DNA from: an uncultured virus (IMG/VR IMGVR_UViG_3300028805_000095)
Taxonomy: Duplodnaviria > Heunggongvirae > Uroviricota > Caudoviricetes
Reading direction: 5' to 3' (one strand)
Length of the DNA: 64,000 nucleotides
Virus record (IMG/VR): IMGVR_UViG_3300028805_000095
Position 1 is the first letter of the stretch; each line of letters opens with the position of its first letter. This document shows, piece after piece, positions 1 to 9,076 of this stretch. The notes under the pieces were generated by a model. The model made no database searches. It was not told the DNA's origin and saw only the letters and a list, made by a program, of their open reading frames with translations. The position numbers and the translations under genes are program-made.

Positions 1-204
1 AAAATGAGGGGGAGTATAGGGATGAGGAAGAGAAGGGAGAAGGAACCAAAGCATATACCAATAATTTAGTAGTCAATTTATTTTTATTTTCTAGGGAAAT
101 AATCCCTAGATATTTATTTTTTCTCTTCTATAAAATATATTATAATTATATATTATAATACTGAATGTAGTTTGAATTATATAATAATTTGGAGGTATTA
201 AATA

Positions 205-558
205 ATGAAAGTTAAGAATGAGAATATTAAAGTGCTTAAAGATTATGTAACTACTAGAGATAAGTTATCTGATAAGATGTTAGTCTTTAGTGATATAATC
301 AATAATGATTTTGATAATGGTTTTGGACCATTTATATATGAGAAAATGACTATTGAAGAAGTAAAAGGTATAGACAGAACTCTTGATGAGATTGCAGTTA
401 TTAAAGATAAGATGTATGAGTATGTAGCTTTACCATCTAATGAATTTAATATAGAAGATATGAATAAACTTGCTAAAGAGTTTATTAATCAGGCTAATAG
501 TGTAATTGAATCAGTAGATAAAGTAATTAAATATTATGAAGAATATAATTTACAATAG
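205..558 (+). CDS. hypothetical phage protein
   Basis: 117-aa ORF with GGAGG RBS, downstream of an AATTATATATTATA promoter-like motif. Confidence 0.75.
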   Translation: MKVKNENIKVLKDYVTTRDKLSDKMLVFSDIINNDFDNGFGPFIYEKMTIEEVKGIDRTLDEIAVIKDKMYEYVALPSNEFNIEDMNKLAKEFINQANSVIESVDKVIKYYEEYNLQ

Positions 559-578
559 AATATTGGAGGTATTATAAA

Positions 579-899
579 ATGGACAATTTAACTCACAAAC
601 CATCGTTAATGGAAGCTTTATTATTAAGTACTTTAACATCTAAATTTGAAAAGATAGTTAAATATATTAAGCTAACCACTAGTATAAACAAAAGTTTGTT
701 TTCAGATTCTGATATACAAAAGGTAACAGATGTTTCAGGTGTTTTTGCTGAAACAAGATCAACAATTCTATTAGCGTATGTTTCTAAATCACGAATAAAA
801 AGTATTATATATTTATTGAATGCTAATATAAATGCATCTAGTAATGTATTTATAATTAGAAGAATCTTTAATAAGTATAGGAGGTATTTAAATGATTGA
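579..899 (+). CDS. hypothetical phage protein
   Basis: 106-aa ORF with GGAGG RBS. Confidence 0.65.
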   Translation: MDNLTHKPSLMEALLLSTLTSKFEKIVKYIKLTTSINKSLFSDSDIQKVTDVSGVFAETRSTILLAYVSKSRIKSIIYLLNANINASSNVFIIRRIFNKYRRYLND

Positions 900-1233
900 C
901 ACTTCTAAATATTATAATAGAATAGAAGAATTATCTAATTTCAAAGATAAGATATATCCTAGATATGAGACAATATATCTCAACGATTCACAGTTCAATG
1001 CTCAAGTAGTAAATGGTGAATTTAAATGCAGTGAAGAGATACAAAATACTGTAAGAAATATTGCTGAATATATAGATACTTCATTAATATATGCTAAGAA
1101 AGCTAAAGAAAGTGTAGATACTAAATATGAAGCAATAAACTTAAGATATTATATAATGAGTCTAGAAAAATTAAATGATAATATATTGAAGGCATTAGAC
1201 TTATATGAGAAATGTCAATTAGAATCTGAATAA
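892..1233 (+). CDS. hypothetical phage protein
   Basis: 113-aa ORF with GGAGG RBS, overlaps the previous stop. Confidence 0.7.
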   Translation: MIDTSKYYNRIEELSNFKDKIYPRYETIYLNDSQFNAQVVNGEFKCSEEIQNTVRNIAEYIDTSLIYAKKAKESVDTKYEAINLRYYIMSLEKLNDNILKALDLYEKCQLESE

Positions 1234-1246
1234 GGAGAATCTAATA

Positions 1247-1594
1247 ATGAAAATTATAAATGATGGCGTATTATTTACTGAGAAGAATATTGAAGAAGCT
1301 GAAGTTATCTTCAAGACGCTACACGATGAACAAGGAATCATCTCTGATGATGAATATCGTGATTATTTAATTATTTGTGATTTAGCTAAACGTGCATTAA
1401 ATGCACCTGAATCTACTTGGGATAAAGTGTTAATATCAACTAAGGCAGTTAAACCTGATGAATATGATACTTTAACTAAAGATGATTTTGAAACAGCATA
1501 TATATGTAATAACTGTGGTAAGGCTAGTAAGTTTAAGACTAATTATTGCAGTTATTGTGGATCAGATATGAAGGATTCAGATCCTTATATTTAA
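1247..1594 (+). CDS. zinc-ribbon hypothetical protein
   Basis: C-terminal CNNCG...YCSYCG motif; AGGAG RBS. Confidence 0.7.
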   Translation: MKIINDGVLFTEKNIEEAEVIFKTLHDEQGIISDDEYRDYLIICDLAKRALNAPESTWDKVLISTKAVKPDEYDTLTKDDFETAYICNNCGKASKFKTNYCSYCGSDMKDSDPYI

Positions 1595-1611
1595 AGAAGG
1601 AGTGTAATAGT

Positions 1612-2217
1612 ATGGCTAAGAATAATATGTGGGGTGTTAAGTTAAAAGATGACAGACCCATTCATGTTGTATTATTTGTATCACGAAATAAAGATAATGA
1701 CCACATCAAAGGATTTAAAGAAAGACGTAAATCATTTATTACTACTGAAGATATTAATAGTTATAAAATACTTAATGAATTTTATAGCTTCAGTAAAGCA
1801 GGTGTATATGGAGAAACAAGTAGAATGTATTATTCTCTTAATGCTAGAAATTCAGAGAAAATATATAAAGAGTTAATGCATTTTCTTATTGATAATCCTG
1901 ATTTTAATCTCGCTAGTATTCAATCTAAATTAGCTAGTATTGCTGCTAAAAAAGAATGTGCCGCAGAGAAGAAATGGCTCTTTGACTTTGATATTAATGA
2001 TTATGATTCATTAGCAGAATTTATGAATGATATTAAAGATATAGACGATTCGGTAGAATTAAATTATTATAATACAATACATGGGTTTGCAGTTACATGT
2101 AGTCATGGATTTGATACTAGAACTTTATTAGAGAAATGGAATGCTGTTACTCTAAAGAGAGATGATTTATTATTGGTTAAATGGTATGGTAATTATTATA
2201 TGGGCAATGAGGACTAA
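1612..2217 (+). CDS. conserved phage hypothetical protein
   Basis: ATG at 1612 follows AAGGAG; contains SRNKDN, RMYYSLNAR, WLFDFD and TIHGF motifs. Confidence 0.7.
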   Translation: MAKNNMWGVKLKDDRPIHVVLFVSRNKDNDHIKGFKERRKSFITTEDINSYKILNEFYSFSKAGVYGETSRMYYSLNARNSEKIYKELMHFLIDNPDFNLASIQSKLASIAAKKECAAEKKWLFDFDINDYDSLAEFMNDIKDIDDSVELNYYNTIHGFAVTCSHGFDTRTLLEKWNAVTLKRDDLLLVKWYGNYYMGNED

Positions 2218-2219
2218 TT

Positions 2220-2840
2220 ATGGACTATGCTAAGAATTATTTATTATATACTTTAAACCAATATAATCATTTCAATGAATCTAGTATTGCTCTAGCATAT
2301 GGATATGTATTTGAATTTAAAAGAATACAGAATAATATAAGATTTGCTAATGATCAAGAGACTGTATCTTCATATATTGTAATTGTAAATATTAAAGATT
2401 CTATAGGATCTATAATCTACTCATTTAAGATGGATGAATCAGATACAATGAGAGCTCTGGAATGTATAGGTGAATTTTTATACTATTATACAGATACAGA
2501 TTCAAGTATGTATATTGGATTTCCAATGTCTAATAATAGTAATGGAAGATTTCCTACATTATATTTCTATAATACTAGTAGAATCTGTGATGAGTATGAA
2601 GAAGATACACAGAATAAAGCAAATGTATATTTTAATTATCCTACTGGAGAAAGTAGATATATAGATTTGACTGTAATAGATGATTGTGCTAATGGAGATA
2701 AAAGACAAATTCTAAAGATACCAATGTGCGCATCTGAAGTAGAAGATATGATGTTTCAGATATGTATAGCTATTAATGTTGATTTAGGAGATTATCTACA
2801 AGATCATTTTGGCGATAGTGAATTCATATTTGGTTATTAA
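2220..2840 (+). CDS. array-adjacent hypothetical protein, paralog A
   Basis: 206 aa; aligns with 6559..7119 (YGYVFEFKRIQNN vs LGYVFEFSRVSNN; SNNSNGRFP vs SNNGKIP); its stop abuts array 1. Confidence 0.8.
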   Translation: MDYAKNYLLYTLNQYNHFNESSIALAYGYVFEFKRIQNNIRFANDQETVSSYIVIVNIKDSIGSIIYSFKMDESDTMRALECIGEFLYYYTDTDSSMYIGFPMSNNSNGRFPTLYFYNTSRICDEYEEDTQNKANVYFNYPTGESRYIDLTVIDDCANGDKRQILKIPMCASEVEDMMFQICIAINVDLGDYLQDHFGDSEFIFGY

Positions 2841-2841
2841 A

Positions 2842-3090
2842 AGTGAATCAATGAATCTAGATATATCATAAGTGTACGAATGAATCAAAAATAGCAGATA
2901 TTTCTATTGTAAGCGAATGAATCAAATACATATATGATATTTCAATGGTATAAAATGAATCATCATTCTAGATATTTCAAAATAATATAATGAGTCAAGA
3001 ATATTGAATATATCATGCAAAGCCAGAACGGACCATTAACAATGTGATATTTCATAAAATGTAGTGTGAATCAATTTATTAAGATAACTT
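2842..3090 (+). repeat. TIGR-like dual-repeat array 1 (about 6-7 units)
   Basis: Alternating AATGAATCA-like and GATATTTCA-like 9-mers separated by unique 8-11 nt spacers; period about 37 nt. Confidence 0.85.
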
Positions 3091-3120
3091 AAATGTTTTA
3101 TATATACGAAAGGAGAATAA

Positions 3121-3405
3121 ATGAGAGATATACATTGTCCTAAAGATATAGGACTTAATAATATATTTATTGGTGAAGATTGCAAAGCAGAACAATGGTA
3201 TGATAACTGCTATCATTGTTGGTCTTCTGCTATTGCAGAGAATAATCAAGAATATTACAAAGGAAAAATTAAAGAAGAACTCGAAGAACTTAAGACAGAA
3301 ATACAAACATTTGCTTATCCTTATGACGGTTTATTTAATGAAATAGTTGATTTAACACGAATAGAAGAAATATTTGATAAGCATATATCTACATTGAAAG
3401 GATAA
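3121..3405 (+). CDS. hypothetical protein
   Basis: 94 aa, AAGGAG RBS. Confidence 0.7.
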   Translation: MRDIHCPKDIGLNNIFIGEDCKAEQWYDNCYHCWSSAIAENNQEYYKGKIKEELEELKTEIQTFAYPYDGLFNEIVDLTRIEEIFDKHISTLKG

Positions 3406-3411
3406 TTAAAT

Positions 3412-3708
3412 ATGAAAGCGGTAATTAAACTTGACTTGCCTAAGTATCAAATAGGCGAAGAAGTAAATTTATATTTTCATGATTCTATGATGACAAAAGG
3501 AATAGCTGAAGCTGATACTACTAATGAAATTATAACTTGTAAAGATTGTAAACATTGGGAAAGTGATGTAATGGAACTGATAGATGGCTTTCCGATCATA
3601 GTAGCTCATAGTATATGTAATAAATGGGGTGGTGGTTGTCAAACTAATCCAGATGGATATTGTCACTTGGCAGAAAAGAGAGAATCTGAAGGAGAAGCCA
3701 ATGAATAA
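3412..3708 (+). CDS. Cys-rich hypothetical protein
   Basis: ITCKDCKHW...DGYCHLAE motif typical of small Firmicute phage proteins. Confidence 0.7.
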   Translation: MKAVIKLDLPKYQIGEEVNLYFHDSMMTKGIAEADTTNEIITCKDCKHWESDVMELIDGFPIIVAHSICNKWGGGCQTNPDGYCHLAEKRESEGEANE

Positions 3709-4003
3709 AATATATTGGGATGACGTAAACGGAAAAGTTACCACAGATTCAAGGTATGCGCCTATTATCAAGGGGCAAGATAATTATATCGAAACCTATG
3801 AGATTTACGGAACTGACAATAAGATAGACATATCATATACACAGGCAATAAAAGAAAATGAAAATATGTACTATTACAGAAAACACATACTCAATATGTA
3901 CAAACTTGAATATTGTGATTTAGGTAAACTTATTAAACTTGTAATACCAAGTGATAAGTATGATTCGTTGGTGGAAGAACTTAAAGGAGAGGACAACAAA
4001 TGA
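3701..4003 (+). CDS. hypothetical protein
   Basis: ATG at 3701 after GAAGGAG within the 3629..4003 ORF. Confidence 0.6.
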   Translation: MNKIYWDDVNGKVTTDSRYAPIIKGQDNYIETYEIYGTDNKIDISYTQAIKENENMYYYRKHILNMYKLEYCDLGKLIKLVIPSDKYDSLVEELKGEDNK

Positions 4004-4099
4004 GCAGCGATGAAATTGTTAAGTTAGCAGAAGTTGTAATGATTACACTTGCTTGCCCGTTATTGCTACCGATTGTTTTAGAAGATAAGGAGAAACAAA

Positions 4100-4420
4100 A
4101 TGAAGAAAAGTATTAAAAATAGCATTTTTCTTGGGATTATAGGAATAACAATGTTATTTAACACAGGTTGTTCAAGTTGCGAGAGAATGAAGAAGAATAT
4201 AAGTAGTGATTTTAATAATGGATTAAATCGTTCAGTATATGTCTATGATATGACAGGCAATTTAATTAAAACTTATAAAGGGAAAATTGATATTGAAGAC
4301 ACTGAAGCCGAAAACAAAATAAAATTCGATATTTCCGACAATCAAAATCAAAGAATTATAATTTATAATGCTATTGTTATTGTGGAAGAAGAAGTAAAAG
4401 GAGAAGCCAATGATAGCTAA
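4100..4420 (+). CDS. putative lipoprotein
   Basis: Hydrophobic N-terminus followed by TGC lipobox-like motif. Confidence 0.6.
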   Translation: MKKSIKNSIFLGIIGITMLFNTGCSSCERMKKNISSDFNNGLNRSVYVYDMTGNLIKTYKGKIDIEDTEAENKIKFDISDNQNQRIIIYNAIVIVEEEVKGEANDS

Positions 4421-4616
4421 AGAAACAGAAAGTATGAGCGCTATTAAATCTCTTAAAAAGGTGGCTTATGCACAAGGATTAATTGATGAATCGATGAATA
4501 GAGAAAATCACGAAATGTTTCCTGAGATTCATGGGCATTTAGAAGAAACACTTATGAAACACTACCAAAAGGGCAGAGAAGATTATAGAGCAATACAAAA
4601 TGGAGATATAAAATGA
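4410..4616 (+). CDS. hypothetical protein
   Basis: 68 aa, AAGGAG RBS, translationally coupled. Confidence 0.6.
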   Translation: MIAKETESMSAIKSLKKVAYAQGLIDESMNRENHEMFPEIHGHLEETLMKHYQKGREDYRAIQNGDIK

Positions 4617-4787
4617 CAGATATAGAGCGAATTGAAAAACTTGAAAAAGAAAATGAAATAATGAAAAAGGTACTTGTTATGTTTATTTCAAATCTTAATC
4701 ATTATGGAGAATTAAGATATTTTAATTACAAAGATAAGGAAGTATTAGACAAACTATTAGGACAGTTGATTTTGTAAGAGGATAACA

Positions 4788-5009
4788 ATGGCAATTGAAT
4801 TACCAAATTGGGCAAGAATAGGAGCAGAAGTATTGGTTAAAGATATATGGATGATAAGGGGAGATAACCCTAAAGAATGGTATGTCGAAAAGATTATTGC
4901 TTTTGGATATGATGGAGTATTTCATCAGGCACATAATTGCCCAATGTACTTCACAGAATTTAATCAATATGGAAAGACAATAAAATTGAAAGGAGAGAAC
5001 AATGGGTAG
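4788..5009 (+). CDS. hypothetical protein (paralog of 6297..6542)
   Basis: Shares LPxWARIxAExLxKD and AFGYDGVFHQAHNCP with 6297..6542. Confidence 0.75.
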   Translation: MAIELPNWARIGAEVLVKDIWMIRGDNPKEWYVEKIIAFGYDGVFHQAHNCPMYFTEFNQYGKTIKLKGENNG

Positions 5010-5421
5010 TTTTATATGCAGACAGCCAAACGGACTTCTTTGCAGATTTTCAACAGTAGTAGATACAGTTACTCACTACAATATGACAGATGAAGAGTAT
5101 ATTCAAATGAAAATGGAGCAGGCAAGAGAAGAAGCCGAAGATACTATTAAAAATTACATAAAACCTTTTGAATGGATAGATGATTATTTTGTTGATAATA
5201 ATATGACGGAAGAAGAATTTGAGCAGATAAAGGCTAAAATGTATAAACCGAAAGAAGAGACAATCAAAGCATTAGAGCAAGAGCCTATTCTTGACAAGAT
5301 AAGAACCGAGATAGAAGATACAGGAGCATATGAACAAGAAGTAAATGGAAGAACAGAATTTGCGAAAGGTATCACATATTGTTTAAATATTATTGACAAG
5401 TATATGGAAGGAAGAGATTAA
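5002..5421 (+). CDS. hypothetical protein
   Basis: 139 aa, AAGGAG RBS. Confidence 0.7.
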   Translation: MGSFICRQPNGLLCRFSTVVDTVTHYNMTDEEYIQMKMEQAREEAEDTIKNYIKPFEWIDDYFVDNNMTEEEFEQIKAKMYKPKEETIKALEQEPILDKIRTEIEDTGAYEQEVNGRTEFAKGITYCLNIIDKYMEGRD

Positions 5422-5423
5422 TA

Positions 5424-5741
5424 ATGATGAAGAGAGTATTTATAAGCCAGCCAATGAATGGTCTATCAAATTTACAGATAGAAAAAGATAGGTCAAGGGT
5501 TATTGAAAGACTATATAACGATGGATATATACCTGATGAAATAACAGTTATTAATACATTTATTCAAGAAAATGCTCCTGATAATGTAAACAGTAGATTG
5601 TGGTATCTTGCAAAATCAATCGAATTACTGTCTGGTGCAGATATAGCGGTATTTGCTAAAGGCTGGAGAAATGCGAGAGGATGCCAGATAGAATTCAAAT
5701 GTGCAAAAGAATATGGAATATCCTGTATTTGTGAGGATTGA
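5424..5741 (+). CDS. DUF4406 / nucleoside 2-deoxyribosyltransferase-like protein
   Basis: VFISQPMNG...GWRNARGCQIEFKCAKEYGI signature. Confidence 0.7.
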   Translation: MMKRVFISQPMNGLSNLQIEKDRSRVIERLYNDGYIPDEITVINTFIQENAPDNVNSRLWYLAKSIELLSGADIAVFAKGWRNARGCQIEFKCAKEYGISCICED

Positions 5742-5765
5742 GTCATAGGAAAGAGAGGGAGGTAT

Positions 5766-6005
5766 ATGGCAGTAATTATATTAAAAATACCAGATAAATA
5801 TGTACCTAAACATAAAAACGTAATTGATTTACGCTTACATTTTGCTGATGGACATATTATCGATGCAGATGGTTGTGAATTTATAGAATTACCAGATAAT
5901 ATGTGCACTCAAAGATGTTGCTTAAAAAATCCTATTGCTCTTAAAGATCAGTGCATGGAAATAATTGACAAACGTATATCTGCATTAAAGGGAGATAACC
6001 GATGA
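5766..6005 (+). CDS. hypothetical protein
   Basis: 79 aa, GGAGGT RBS. Confidence 0.6.
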   Translation: MAVIILKIPDKYVPKHKNVIDLRLHFADGHIIDADGCEFIELPDNMCTQRCCLKNPIALKDQCMEIIDKRISALKGDNR

Positions 6006-6295
6006 CACAATATGAATTTAATAAAATCAAAGAAAAACTAGCTTATACTGCAGGTAAATCTAGTGATGGACGATGTTTGGTCTTAGACTTTGATACAACA
6101 ATTGAATATCTTAATAAGTTTGTAACTAAAGATAATGAATTAATTATTGAAGAACTTGAAAAGGTAGCAGCAGATTTAGATGCGATAAAGCATACAAACA
6201 TAGAGCCAATTACTAAACAAAAAGAAGTTGTTGTTGGAATTGGTGAACTAATGGCAGTTTTTCAAATTCATATATCTAAGTTAAAAGGAGATTAA
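6002..6295 (+). CDS. hypothetical protein
   Basis: 97 aa, ATGA overlap with the previous gene. Confidence 0.6.
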   Translation: MTQYEFNKIKEKLAYTAGKSSDGRCLVLDFDTTIEYLNKFVTKDNELIIEELEKVAADLDAIKHTNIEPITKQKEVVVGIGELMAVFQIHISKLKGD

Positions 6296-6296
6296 T

Positions 6297-6542
6297 ATGG
6301 CTAGACCAAAGATTATTAAATTACCATCTTGGGCGAGAATAGATGCAGAAATTCTAATAAAAGATGTAAATATGATTAGAGGTGCTGACCCTGAGAAATG
6401 GTATCCTGAAAGAATTACTGCGTTTGGATATGATGGTGTATTTCATCAAGCTCATAATTGCCCAGAATATTATACTAAGTTCAGTGAATATGGCAAGACT
6501 ATAAAGTTGAGAGATGAAGTAAATGCTGATGATATTTATTAA
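6297..6542 (+). CDS. hypothetical protein (paralog of 4788..5009)
   Basis: Near-identical motif set to 4788..5009. Confidence 0.75.
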   Translation: MARPKIIKLPSWARIDAEILIKDVNMIRGADPEKWYPERITAFGYDGVFHQAHNCPEYYTKFSEYGKTIKLRDEVNADDIY

Positions 6543-6558
6543 GTGAGGTGATAATATC

Positions 6559-7119
6559 TTGGAAGAGAAGATGGCATTAGGATATGTCTTTGAATTCTCT
6601 AGAGTTTCTAATAATGTAACTTTCAAAGATGATGATACAATCTCTAAGAATATTATCATCTTAAATATTAAGAATACTATAGGTGTTATAGTATATACTA
6701 TTCGTATGAATGAGACAGAATGTATTAGACTTATGGATGTGATTACGATGTAAATGTTTAACTTCTTTGACTTAGGTAACGAATGTAGGATACATCTATC
6801 AATATCTAATAATGGAAAAATACCTATACTGCATTTTCATAATATAGATGAGAGATATATAAATAATCCTAATTACAACGATCCTCATTTTTCAGAGTAT
6901 AGGAGTCATATACTATCCATTTATGAGGCTGATATGAACGACCAAAATTCATATACGCAAATTTTAAGCATTCCCTTAGGAGATACAGAGGTAAGTGATT
7001 TTGTATTCAATTTATACTTTAGTGGACTCATAGACTTAGTATTTCCAGCAGAAGTAGAAGAAAGACTAGATATTATTATGGGAAGAATATTTGGAGACAA
7101 TTGGCATAACTTTGATTAA
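6559..7119 (+). pseudogene. array-adjacent hypothetical protein, paralog B, interrupted by one in-frame TAA (6751-6753)
   Basis: ORFs 6559..6753 and 6754..7119 share a frame and align colinearly with 2220..2840; the stop aligns to a Phe; context is ATG-TAA-ATG. Confidence 0.7.
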
Positions 7120-7121
7120 TA

Positions 7122-7807
7122 AATGAATCTGAGAGTTTAATATATTTCAATGGTAAGATAATGAATCATATATTTTCAGATATATCAATGATAGAAAAAT
7201 GAGTCATTCGTAATAATATTTCAAATGTTAAATAACGAATCTCTGATACTATATATTTCAAGATATTTTAAATGAGTCACCCAATATTGATATTTCATTG
7301 GAAAGAAAACGAATCACGGACAATATAATATTTCATGATGTGTTAAATGAGTCTCCGATACCTAATATATCTTATAAATAAGAACGAATCAGTGTTGAAT
7401 GATATGTCAATAGTTAAGAATGAATCAATTCCGTGTAGATATTTCATATGAAAACAATGAATCTAAAATACTGAATATATCAAGAGCAGTCTTAATGAGT
7501 CAGATATTGAAATATATCATAATATGATAACGAATCAATACCTATCGATACTTCAAAATAGGCTAAATGAATCTAAGAATAAAGACATTTCAAGTAGAGA
7601 GTTAATGAGTCAGAGTCTCTAATATATCAATAGAAAACAACGAATCAACTATAATAAATACATCAACTATAAATGAATGAACCAAAGAATTTAATTATCC
7701 CACTATAGGTAAGTGAATCAAAAAGGACAAATATGTCAATTGTAAATAAATGAATCAATATATGGAATATTTCAGACGTTTGAATGAGCCAACTAAAAAT
7801 TATTTCA
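7122..7807 (+). repeat. TIGR-like dual-repeat array 2 (about 19 units)
   Basis: AA(T/C)GA(A/G)TC(A/T)-N8-11-(G/A)ATAT(T/A)TCA-N8-11 units, about 37-nt period, immediately upstream of the Nop-domain gene. Confidence 0.9.
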
Positions 7808-7889
7808 GTTATAAATAATATATATGTAATGGTAGATGGCTTTTATAGTCATCTACCTAAAATTTTAATATATCAAATGGAGGTATTAT

Positions 7890-9011
7890 ATGAACGAGAA
7901 TTTTTTGAATGATGAAGTAATGAACGAGGAAGAAGTTACTAAAGTCGATGAGCTTTTAGTTCTTAATAAGAAGAACTTAAAAGAGATTGATGTACAGTCT
8001 CCTTCCATCAATGAGGCTAGATTCCTTATTGATAACTATTATCAGATCCAGCAGATGCGAATCAATACGGCTAACCAGATAAGAGCATTAGCTCAGGGCG
8101 CTGATAATAAGTCAAGCAAAGAAGAACGTAATGCAACAAAGATTACGTCTTCTATGTTATTATATGACCAGTATGTAACTATGGAAGCAAATGCTAAGAA
8201 GTTATTGGATTCATTTATTGAGTCTAACTATATTTCTAGATATGCATCTAGAATAGCAGGCGTGGGTCCTGTATTAGCAGCTTCATTAGCAGCATATCTT
8301 GAACTTAAAATAGAGCCCGACGGAACAACTAAGATGCATGCAGGGAGCTGGTGGAATTACGCAGGTTTGGCGGACAACGTAAGACCCTGGCTTGGTGCTA
8401 CTAAGTCTAAAGAGCTTGTAGAAAAGGCTATTGAAGATTGTGGTGGTAAGCTTGATGACGAAACTATGGTTGTTATCTGTGGACGTTCCCAGTGGAATAT
8501 CGACCACTTTAAGAAATTTAAGGACTGCTACAAGGAAGGTAAGAAAGGTGGCAAATGGAATAAAGAAGCTGTTATCAAGGCATGTTCTGTTATCCCGTAT
8601 AATAAAGACCTTAAAGTTGTTTGCTATAAAATAGGCAGTTCATTCCATAAGTTATGCAATAACCCCAAGTCGATGTATGGTCGTTTGTACAAAGAAAGGC
8701 TTCAGTATGAAACTATGAAGAACGAAAAGGGAGATTATGCAGACCAGGCTGCTCGAATTCTTAAAGAGAAGAACTTTAAGAATAAAGAAATACGTGAAGT
8801 ATATGAATCAGGTAAATTACCTGTATCACATCTTTATATGAGAGCTGAGAGATGGGCCACAAAATTATTTATCAGTCATCTCTTCGAAGCAGCATATTGG
8901 AATCAGTTCCATGAGATGCCTCCTAAGCCTTACGTAATGTGTTATATGGAAAATCATTGTGACTATATCCAGCCGGAATGTCCATACGATGAGGCTCTTT
9001 GGGATAAATAA
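7890..9011 (+). CDS. tasA: Nop/IS110-domain RNA-guided protein, TasA-like (no RuvC or HNH seen)
   Basis: Coiled coil FLIDNYYQIQQMRINTANQIRA; IAGVGPVLAA; WWNYAGL; YNKDLKVVCYKIG; YGRLYKER; HLYMRAERWATKLFISHL; no DEDD domain; flanked by dual-repeat arrays. Confidence 0.8.
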   Translation: MNENFLNDEVMNEEEVTKVDELLVLNKKNLKEIDVQSPSINEARFLIDNYYQIQQMRINTANQIRALAQGADNKSSKEERNATKITSSMLLYDQYVTMEANAKKLLDSFIESNYISRYASRIAGVGPVLAASLAAYLELKIEPDGTTKMHAGSWWNYAGLADNVRPWLGATKSKELVEKAIEDCGGKLDDETMVVICGRSQWNIDHFKKFKDCYKEGKKGGKWNKEAVIKACSVIPYNKDLKVVCYKIGSSFHKLCNNPKSMYGRLYKERLQYETMKNEKGDYADQAARILKEKNFKNKEIREVYESGKLPVSHLYMRAERWATKLFISHLFEAAYWNQFHEMPPKPYVMCYMENHCDYIQPECPYDEALWDK

Positions 9012-9020
9012 AGTAGATTA

Positions 9021-9047
9021 AAAGGAGGAGTATAATACTCCTCCTTT
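9021..9047 (+). terminator. stem-loop after the tasA-like gene
   Basis: AAAGGAGGAGTA-TAA-TACTCCTCCTTT. Confidence 0.6.
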
Positions 9048-9076
9048 ATATATTATTATAAGAAAGGAAATCAATC

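Noticed and set aside
1..50. Purine-rich tract at the window edge
   Set aside because: Truncated context, so no function can be supported.
7890..9011. Ordinary IS110 transposase
   Set aside because: No N-terminal DEDD/RuvC domain or IS context; the flanking guide-like arrays fit a Tas-type protein better.
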